Position numbers and translations under genes: made by a program. 64,000 bases of DNA. It comes from Eledone cirrhosa. Taxonomy: Eukaryota. Positions 54,414-64,000 of the stretch are shown here, in pieces; position 1 is the first letter of the stretch, and every line of letters starts with the position of its first letter. The stretch covers positions 195,920,001 to 195,984,000 of the forward strand of contig OZ024743.1 in assembly GCA_964016885.1 (NCBI GenBank), read 5' to 3'. The notes beneath the pieces were generated by a model. That model saw only the letters and a program-made list of their open reading frames with translations. It made no database searches and was not told the DNA's origin.

Positions 54414-54754
54414 AAATGTAAGTATGTATACGTACATACATATATGTATACAGGCGTACAGTGTGTGCATGTATATACATACATGCACATATATATATAT
54501 ATATGTACGTATGGGTTTACCGAACATTTATTATAATGTTCGGCTAAATTCGGACTGTTTGTTTACAAACAAACCGGACATTATAATAAATGTTCGGTAA
54601 ACCCATACGTACATATATATATATGTGTGTGCATGTATGTATATATATACATACTACTGTACGCCTGTATACATATATGTATGTACGTATACATACTTAC
54701 ATTTAAGTATCAGCCGTACTAAGAGTGAGAAATGAAATTTCATTTCATTCTTCT

Positions 54755-54757
<3 letters not shown>
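54414..54757. mobile_element. Fold-back element (family G): arms ~54414-54545 and ~54574-54704, right tail
   Basis: 'aaatgtaagtatgtatacgtacatacatatatgtatacaggcgtacagt' and 'tgtacgtatgggtttaccgaacatttattataatgt' are both mirrored. TA-rich flanks. Confidence 0.8.
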
Positions 54758-54790
<33 letters not shown>

Positions 54791-54792
<2 letters not shown>

Positions 54793-55011
54793 CAAAGAAG
54801 ATGTGATAAAATCCAGGTGGACCATAAAACACCAGAGTACTCGATACTTAGGGTAGTAGAGTGGGTAATAGGAAAAGAGTCAGGATCCTGACGGCTGAGC
54901 TCCGGCCCTTTCGACAGATAAATCCGAACTAACCCATACTGCTAGATTAGTTCGGATCTAGCTGTCGAAACGGCCGGAGCTCAGCCGTCGGGATCCTGAC
55001 TATTTTTCCTA
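54791..55011. mobile_element. Fold-back element (family C)
   Basis: Family C tail, then 'ataggaaaa.agtcaggatcc.gacggctgagctccggcc.tttcgacag.ta.atccgaactaa' inverted at 54947-55011. Confidence 0.88.
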
Positions 55012-55954
55012 TACACATATATATATATATATATAAGATACATACGTATATAGATACTTAAGTATAACCACATATATGTGGTGTCCATCCTGTACCAGTT
55101 TTGCTCGATGAATAAATGAATTAAATAAATAATCAATTAATCAGAGTTACATTGAAGTAAAATTAGTTAAATTTCTATCTATTTGCTCTTCACACTTATA
55201 ATTATATATGTGCGTGCGTGTGAGCGGAAATATGTAAATGAATCCGACAAAGAAAGAAAGGAAAAATCTAATCCAACATATACAGTACACTGGTCTATTA
55301 GCAAAATTACGAATTCACTTTCTTGGCCTCCTGTCCATCTGAAGCAGGATATCCGGGAGGATACTAAGCTTCTCTTGTAAAGCTTCGATTGACTTCATGT
55401 CCTGGAATGATAAATGGGTACATAAATGGGTGCATCCTTGCTGAAGTGATAAATCGATGCAGCCCGACCTTCAACCTAAAGTGAACCTAGAATATGGTTA
55501 TTATCAAACACTTCCGATAGAATAAAATGAATCAAAACCGCGGGAATTAAAGCTTTATTTGAAGTAAGAATTAAATCGTGTATCACGGAATACAATTTGA
55601 AATCCCAGTTTATGCTAGAATCTCTTCTCGCATGCTACAAATAATATTTTTATTTATGTTTAAAAGCATTATTGATCCATTGTGTTTCATTTAGTTGATC
55701 ACTTCATGAGATCACACTTGGCTCACAATGCTCGAAGAAGAAACATATTTAAGCAAAGATGAATTTCCTAGGATCTGTTGAATTTTCTAAACACTGCTCA
55801 TGTAGCTGTCCTCCAACGTTCAATTTAGATTGAAATGATGAACAAAGATTGTACTTTTAACCTGTCGATCCTTGATTGTTGGTGTAGGTTCGGCCAAAAA
55901 ACAATATTTTAATTTTTGATTTTGACAGGGCAGATGTTCCATTTGAAGTAATAG

Positions 55955-56322
55955 TGATTGCTAATATAGACACAAGGCTAATGATTTGCGGAGAGGAGAA
56001 ATTCGATTACATTGAAACAGTATGGGATTGATAGTTTATTTTATTGACCGCGGAAGAATAAAAGACAAAGTTGATGTTGGCGTTATTTGAACTCAGAACG
56101 TAAAGGACCGCAACTAAATGCTTGGAACCAATAGTAATTTCTAGCATTGGCACAATGCCAGCAATTTGCGGAGAGGGTAAAGTCAATGTTATTGATATCA
56201 GTATTTAACTGGCCCTATAATTTATGGAAACCTGTGATTCGAACTTGGGACGTAGAAATTCGTAAATAAATGCCACACAATATTTTGTTCGACTCTCTTA
56301 TGGTTCTGCCAATCCACTCCTC
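55955..56322 (-). mobile_element. Two decayed tandem S2 SINEs
   Basis: Two 'cacaa.gc...atttgcggagagg' tail blocks, each followed by central and B-box blocks. Confidence 0.7.
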
Positions 56323-56920
56323 TGAGTAAAAACAAATGAATAAGTAACAAATCTAATTGTAACATAACCAAACACTCCTGTTATTTCGAGTATACGAAAG
56401 ACACACAATTGCTTCATGCCATATACACTTCACAGCTTCCTAGTGAGTACAATTCCCTTATCTTCGAACATACTGATTCAAGTGTTCTAACTTTTGTTGT
56501 TGAGTCACTAGTTTTGTGCTGACTATGCCCAGAAATATGCTTCATTTCAATCTATCCTCTCAAAATCTTAAGTAGCTTACAGAAACCATCCTTCTAGGTA
56601 TGCTTCTTAATATATTTTATATACAACCAAGCCTATACGACAAAATCCTTAAAGGGGAACGTGACATTATTTTCTTTTACAATAGCTACAGATATAATCA
56701 AGGAAACAGTCTTAAAATTTCTTTTCCTATAAATCATATAACAAAAGCACTAAGAGCCGCTACGGATGTTTCACAATTTCCAATAATATTGTAATAACTG
56801 CATATTAAAGATCAAGTTTTCGCTTTATCTCAAGAAAATTTGAATATTTTCCGTTTGGTGGACAGTATTAAAGATTACACGCAAATTCACAATCATTTTG
56901 TTTTTGTAGAAATTAATTAT

Positions 56921-57365
56921 GGATTCTGATTTAGGCACAAGGCCAAATGTTTGGAGGGGAAAGTCAATTATATTGACTCCAGTGCGTGACTGATACTTTA
57001 TTTTATCGACCCTGTAAGAATGAAAGGCAAAGCTAACTTCGGCGGGATTTGAACTTAGAACGTAAAGGGTCATAAATATATGCCGCTAAACATGTTGTCG
57101 ATGCTCTACCAGTACCTCTAAACCCCAGCACTTTTGCAGAAATTAATAATGGTTTCTTATATAGGCACAAGGCCAGCAATTTTGGGGGAGTGGGACGTCG
57201 ATTAAGTCGACTCCAGTGCGTGACTGGTACTTTATTTTATCGACCCCGTAAGTATGAAAGGCAAAGCTAACTTCGGCTGGATTTGAACTTACAACGTAAA
57301 GGGTCATAAATATATGCTGTTAAACATTTTGTCCGATGCTCTACCAGTACCTCTAGCTCCAAACA
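56921..57365 (-). mobile_element. Tandem dimer of S2 SINE
   Basis: Two highly similar ~230-bp units sharing 'ctccagtgcgtgactg' and 'cgtaaagggtcataaatatatgc'. Confidence 0.85.
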
Positions 57366-58535
57366 CTTTTGCAGAAATGAATAATGAAAAAAGTTATCAA
57401 CCTTTAAAGTTTTAATATTTTAAGTAATTCTTGCCAATCAGATATACCCATACACTACAATCAGCAGAACAATAACAACTATACATACAATCGGGATAAG
57501 CGATGCCAACAATCAAAGCAGCCCTCAATCAACATGCAAAATTACATCAGTTCAGAAATTTACTTTAAAATCGTATACTGTTGGGAAAAGATCCAAAACT
57601 ATTTCAGCTCTGACAATATATTGATCCACTATAGAGCCCAAATGAAACCTATATTGACTCACCATTTTGGAAATTCTTTATTAGCAGCTGAGAAATATAA
57701 GTTCAATTTTAATCTCTTCTTGCTACTGTGACCTCGAGTAGGAAATATTTACCTCTGCAGACCGAGAGAGTCAACAAAGGTTTGGGTATTGCCCCCCCCC
57801 CCCTCCCCTCCTATCTAAAGAATGCTGCGTTGTTTGTGTAACCTTAACTTTGTGAAAAATTGCTATTGTTTCCCTTGTTATCATAGCTATAGAAGTAGTT
57901 TACATAATTATTGACACTAGTCTGTGTATATGCACCGGAAATTGAGTCTATCCACCACTTTCATGCAAACCTGTTCCCACCTAACAATATTGGTATTACA
58001 GTAAACTTAGCTGACCTAACTATCTTTAATCGCCTCCACGTATTTCTGAGTACATTCCTTCCATTTTACAAGAATGACCACCACCGAAGACACCATCCCT
58101 TTGTTTACTTGCTGGCTAGTGGTAGTCTATAAAATTATTTTTTTCAACCTTTTTTTCTTTTTGTGGAATGAAGATTTGGAAAAAGTGTCTCTCGCCTCGC
58201 CTTACCTGTCATTTTAAACTACAAAATAAACACTGAAACAATTTAACTTACACCTGTTTTGTCAATGATTCCGCCCTCCTCGGGATGTGTAAATGTCAAT
58301 ACCTCCGAATACGTCATCAGTCATGAATTACTAGTGTGAGTGTGACATAAAACTATTTTTAGATATATGTCTGAAGGTAAAATTTTAAAATATTTTAGTT
58401 TATCTGTAGCTTAAACATACATTGGGCGAAATCAAACTTAGCAGCAATATAATATGTTCTCATGATGAATAAAGATAATTAGAAGGTCTTGAATAATTGT
58501 CCCCACTTATTAATTCAAGAAGAAATGAGAAAAAA

Positions 58536-58705
58536 CAGACCTGTCAACTCTCCCCGACCGACGGGGACATCTTTGGGGTAGGTGAGAGATGTCTTCTCTA
58601 GCTTTCATTATGTAAAATCTCCCCATTTTGCCTCATTTCTCCCCGTTTTGAGACATTTTTTTTCATGGTACTATCCGTTTGGGTTTTTAGAGGTTGGCAG
58701 GTCTG
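58536..58705. mobile_element. hAT-like MITE, second copy
   Basis: TIRs 'cagacctgtcaac' and 'gttggcaggtctg'; the interior is the reverse complement of 15621-15796. Confidence 0.8.
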
Positions 58706-60921
58706 GAAAGAATATTACTACACAATTTCATTCCCTTTCGTTAATTCTTCATATATAGACACCAAAGGTAAGACAACCAATGTTACGTTCAATTTTAGCT
58801 CCATGTTATCAGTTTAACCTCAACAGGAAGCATTATTAGAATAGTATTTAAAATATACGAATCTTTTCATCCATAAAATTTAATGGATTATTGTAATATG
58901 AGAATAAATGGCCTTTACTAGTATGGGAAACATTCTACAAATGCATATAATATTAGTGGTTATCTGTAAGATTTCCCCTACTTCTGATGATATGTTATTA
59001 TAAATATTAGCTGTCAGCTTGAATTGATAAATAAATCAAATAGCAGAATTTAATGGTTTACAGATGCTTTTAAAATGAGATTTGCAAACTGTTAGATATG
59101 GTTACTGGAAGTTAACGCGCAGAGTCATATTTTGCCATAAGGTGTCTTCAATCTGTGCGCGTCTGTATATGCATATGCATATGAATCTACATTACATGTG
59201 TATGTGCGAATGTAACCGTATAATGCGTGTGGTCCATGCTAGCCATATTTTCATTGCCAGACTGAATTTAGTACTAGTTAGTACCCCCAAGAGATTGCCT
59301 TGTAGTATATACGATAAAAATAATATAAAGAAGAAAAACATCAAAACTCGCAACATCACCAGTAGCTTCTTTAAATAAAAAATCAAAAGCTGAAAAGCGT
59401 AAAGACAAAGTAATTCTAATCTAAACTATGAAATCTCATTCCTCATATTTTATACCTAATATTCCACGTTATATAATCATTCAAGCCTAGCATTTCAAGC
59501 TTTCATAAATAAATCAAGAGATAAAATAAACAAACAGCTTATTTTGACAGAAACGATTTTCCAAAGCAGCAAAGCAGATCAAAGATAGGGATACATTGCC
59601 TTTAAATTATGCCATATAATAGCAAACTAAACACACATGTTTATTTGGATGTTGCTTAACATATTTGTATATGGAAACTATTTCTAATGATAGTAATATT
59701 ACGAGAATATAGAGGAAGACTTAAAGAGAAACACTTGTCTAACGACTTCAGACGAAGTCGTAGCAATCAAACCACCGAGAAAAAACAAACAAACAACAAA
59801 TAAATAAATAAACAAATGAAGGAATAAATATCTGAATAATGAAAGGAAGAAATATATAAAATGGATAAAATATAAATAATGGATTAATATTTATAAAAAA
59901 AATATTATGGAAAGGAAGCTTGGTTTGAGTGAAATGTTTTAATGTAAGAAAATACATCAGCAGATGCCGGAAATGTAACAGGATGTGAAGAAGAAATTTA
60001 GTAGTCGAAGCAAACCTCTTAGATACCACCCACCCAATAGCTAACTCTGCATACCATTCGGGTAAGATGAAGTGCTACGGTAATTAGAACGTTTTTCTTT
60101 ATTTTATTATTATTTCATTTTTGTCCTACACTGTTATATTTCCGCTAGAATTCGTTGATTCTATAGTTGCTCATGCTGCAACAAAGTTAAGCAGATGTCT
60201 CTTTCAGTTGACACCGGAACTAACATCACTTGATTAATTATACGCAGAAGATTCTTCCAACGCTATCTCTTATGATATTGACAAAAATATCGTCTGTATA
60301 TTTGATCTAACATTTGTCTCTTATTATCAAAGTGAAATGCAATAATATTCGATACTGCCCTTTAATCTAAATTTGATATTTTCTGTACATAACCACCTCT
60401 TAATTTTATTTAATTTTAATTTTATTTAAAAATATTCCTTTATAAAAACAATATTTAAAAATGCATTAAATCTGTAATTATTTGCTACAGCTCGAAAGTT
60501 TTATCAAAGAAAAATAAGGAATTTCGACATATCGAACAGACTTCGAGGTATTTATTTATGTATATCTGTTTTTATGTATATCTGTTTTATTTTGTGTTTA
60601 TCTTATTTCTTTCCTTATTTATATGCTTATTTTTTGTTTATTTATTTATATGCTTATTTTTTGCAGTTGCGAATAAGGAAGCTCAAAATTGTTACAAACA
60701 CTAAAGTTTAAAATTGCGGATTCATTTTGAAAAAAAAAAGCTAAGAGCTAACGACAAACTCCCGGTAATACCTTTAGTGAGAGTGACATTTAACACTTTC
60801 AATACCAGCCCGCTAAAACCTGACTTTGCTGTTTAGGTGAAAAAAATAAATGAATAAAACCCATCGATTTTTTTAATGGTTATTGTTGAAATTAAAATTT
60901 TCCATCATAACTTTATATAAT

Positions 60922-61105
60922 TGTTTCTACTTTAGGCACAAGGCCAGCAATTAACCAGTACATTATTGGTACTTTATTTTATCGACCCCGTAAGGATGAA
61001 AGGCAAAGTTAACCTCGGCGGGATTTGAACTCGGACTGTAAAGGGACGTAACTATGCTAGAAAGCATGGCGTCCAACCCTCTACCGATACTGCCAATTCA
61101 CCGCC
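60922..61105 (-). mobile_element. SINE family S2 with 16-bp target-site duplication
   Basis: 'cataactttatataat' at 60906-60921 and 61106-61121. Confidence 0.9.
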
Positions 61106-61206
61106 CATAACTTTATATAATAATCGTTTGATATGTTAACAGGTATACAATGTTAACAATTTAAATAATTTTACTATATCTCTCCAAATTCTTCAGTAAT
61201 TAATAA

Positions 61207-61405
61207 TGGTTTCATGCATAAGGCCAGCAATTTTGGGTGAGGGAAAAGTCAATTAAATCAACCCAGTGTATTACTGGTACTTCATTTTATTGACACCGCA
61301 AGGATGAAACACAAAGCTAACATAGGTGAAATTTGAACTCAGGACGTAAAGGGATATAACTATGCTTCGAAGCATATTGTTCGACGCTCTACCGATTCTG
61401 CCAAA
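61207..61405 (-). mobile_element. SINE family S2
   Basis: 'aaggccagcaattttggg...actggtacttcattttattgac...atttgaactcagg...ctctaccgattctgccaa'. Confidence 0.8.
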
Positions 61406-61589
61406 AATAGCGTATTGTGTTAGAAATATGGCAATGAAGGGGCTAGAATATATAAACAGTGTGTTTGGGAAGTATGACTGCGGTTTAGATGTGTAAACTA
61501 CATTGTGGTTTGAGAATTTGTAGGATTTTGAGGTGAGGATGGTGGAGATTATAACTAGGAAAATAGTATAGGAATTCGTGCCAACATTT

Positions 61590-62010
61590 ATGGTCATGAA
61601 TCTTGAGTGATTACCGAAATCATACGATCGCGAATACGAGCAGCCGAAATGGGGTTCCTCCGAAGGGTCTTTGCAGTAATGTTACTCATTACTGTGCGTA
61701 GCTCGGAGATCAGAGGGTCACTCCAGATAGAGCCGTTACTTCTCCGAATTGCGAGATCACAACTCCGATATTATGGGCATGTGGCTAGAATGTCTCAGGA
61801 AAGAATCGCTGGACAGATTTTACGGTCACAACCAGTCGGCAGTAGACCCAGGGGTTGACGCCGAGCAAGATGGTTGGATAACATCCATGAGCTTGGCTGT
61901 TTTCGCTTGGGGATCCAGCTGGATCAGCTGGAGATGCTTTTGAAAGCAGCCGCTGGAAGGAGTGCTTGAGGACTCTGCCCCCACACCCTCACTGGAATAA
62001 GTGAGTGAAT
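61590..62010 (+). mobile_element. RTE-clade LINE 3' fragment
   Basis: RIRAAEMGFLRRV...VRSSEIR..L.IEPLLLRI.RSQLRYYGHVARM...GSRPRG*RRARWLDNI, the typical RTE RT C-terminus. Confidence 0.88.
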
Positions 62011-62311
62011 AAGAAAATAGTATAGATATCTCAGTTGTCTCAAGCATGATACATGTGAAGGAACGTGCTGTCAAGACTATTCTACAAAACTAGTGGGGAT
62101 TGTCAAACCGCTGCTGGGGAAGTGTGGGGAGAAATTTGAAGAATTATAGAAACATTACTTAAATGTTGCTGTTGTTAATTACTGTAATTTATTTGATCTT
62201 GCAAGACAGTTAAAAACTATTCGGTCGTAATTATGCTATATTTTATTCAGATAAATTTGTCTACGACTTGCGACGTTCTTTTGGAATATAATATGGTAAG
62301 ATGTATGTAAC

Positions 62312-62450
62312 ATGGCAGAGCTATTAGGTCAAATAGAATGTTTAGCCGTATTCCGGTCGAATCTTTCAATTCAATTCACAACGAGATCAACTTCGCCTTT
62401 CTTATTTTCAAGATCGATATAAAATGTACCAGTGCAGTACTGGGATCGAT
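62312..62450 (+). mobile_element. Decayed S2 SINE
   Basis: 'tggcagagctattag...gagatcaacttcgcctttc...gatcgatataaaatgtaccagt'. Confidence 0.65.
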
Positions 62451-63075
62451 TCTTTTTCTCTATCTCTTTCTTGCTTCCTCTTTATCTGTCTGCTTCTCGG
62501 GAAGAAAGCGGCTTTGTTCAAACATGGTGAAGGGATGGGCTCCGCCAGGTTCAAAATGCCCCTATGATTACTTTAACATTTAAGGAATTATATAAATACA
62601 CGCATAGGATTTAAGGGATACAGGTTCCCTTCGTTTGCTCATGCATATGAAGGTTGATGGTTGAAGAAAGACTTGAATAAAAAAAAAAATTAAAATAAAA
62701 AAATTAAAAAAAGCAACTGGTAATATCTGTTAATAGTAAAATAAGAGAGTTGTTTTGTAGAATATGACACCACTTTTCTTAACAAAATTGAAATATATAG
62801 TTATTGTAGACAGCAGGGAGCAGTTTCAAATAACAGATGAGAGATTTGTATCTTAGAAAATAAGATTTGGATTTATGGATGTTATGGATGTTATTAAGGC
62901 TGGGCTGATTCCCGAGTAAAGGAGGAAAAAATGTCTTGTGGTTTTGAAAAAGAGTAAATGTACTGATATGAGAGACAATGAGGAAATCATGATTTAAGAG
63001 GTGCTTATAAATGTCGAGTGGATCTATATGAATAATTTAGCTGGTGGGTCACTCAAAATTCTGTTCTCACTAGAA

Positions 63076-63369
63076 CAGGCATGGGCAACCTTTTTCGAGA
63101 AGCGGGTTGCATGAGATATGGCTCATCATCAGGCGGGCCGCAAATGCTAATTTACATTCGTGCCCACATTAAGAAAAAAGGGGTGGTAACTCGGGTTGTT
63201 TTCAGTTCTTTCTTCAGAATTCGTACACGTTGTTTTCCCCAATCGTAAAAATTATAGAAAGATAAATTACGACTGAAAAGTTGGGGTAAAAAAAAATCAA
63301 AAAGATTTCACGTAGGTGACTTAGGCGAACCATACAGAAAGCTTTGCGGCCGCAGGTGGCCCATGAAGG
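63076..63369. mobile_element. hAT (Charlie-like) MITE with 8-bp TSD
   Basis: TIR 'caggcatgggcaacct' and decayed 'aggtggcccatgaagg'. TSD CACTAGAA at 63068-63075 and 63370-63377. Confidence 0.88.
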
Positions 63370-64000
63370 CACTAGAACAATCCACTTGCTACGAACGTGT
63401 TGAGAGGAAGGACATATATGCCAGATGATGCAGTGGCGAAGGGTAACCTGGAAAGCAGGGCATGCAATCCAATCGCCATGGCGGAAAGTACGGCTGTACA
63501 GCCTTACCCCCCCCCCCTCATTCCCTCTAAACGACCCTCCAGCATGTAGTGTTATCTAGTGTGTGTGTGTGTGTGTTATCTTTTTATGTGTCTACGATTT
63601 AGTAAGCAGTCAAAATTCTGCTTGCCCCAAAGCTGTCGTGTGTTTGTGTATATATGTTTGTGTGTGTGTGTGTGTGTTATCATTTTTTGTGTCTATACGT
63701 TTTAGTAAGCAGCCAAAATTCTGCTTGCTTCAACCGACGCAATTGATCAACTCAAGATTATATAACGCATGCACGGACCCTTCGCCCCTGAGATGATGTG
63801 TTTATTACTCAGGGTATCACAAACAGAAATCCAGTGGCACTACGCTAGACAACGTATAGTCTGAAGCAATTCCGGGTTAATAAAGGCTTATTTCGAAATT
63901 TTCCGACAGATCGAACACGACAAATGTACTCAAGTGCCAGGAGACGGTATCAAGAGACTTAAACAAAACTGTAAGAGTTTCTCATGATAACAGCACTCAA

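Overview
AT-rich, microsatellite-dense animal DNA. The SINE content suggests an octopod cephalopod (inference). No intact host gene is supported; there is one candidate exon at 27535-27682. Transposon content: two decayed Penelope-like element (PLE) RT/GIY-YIG remnants, more than a dozen SINE copies of two families, an internally deleted mariner, hAT and Tc1/mariner MITEs, and an RTE LINE 3' end. A ~27 kb G/T-strand-biased block holds three apparently related compound minisatellites, the largest with higher-order structure. The main observation is a set of at least nine short fold-back (palindromic) elements from about six sequence families. Most sit between (TA)n tracts and have the layout arm / inverted arm / unpaired tail. 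Many carry minimal type I hammerhead ribozyme (HHR) motifs (stem I-CUGANGA-stem II-GAAA-short palindromic stem III-UH-stem I'), which the inversion places on both strands. These look like miniature non-autonomous PLE pseudo-LTR hairpins. All motifs and coordinates were read by eye, no searches or folding were run, and boundaries may be off by a few bases.
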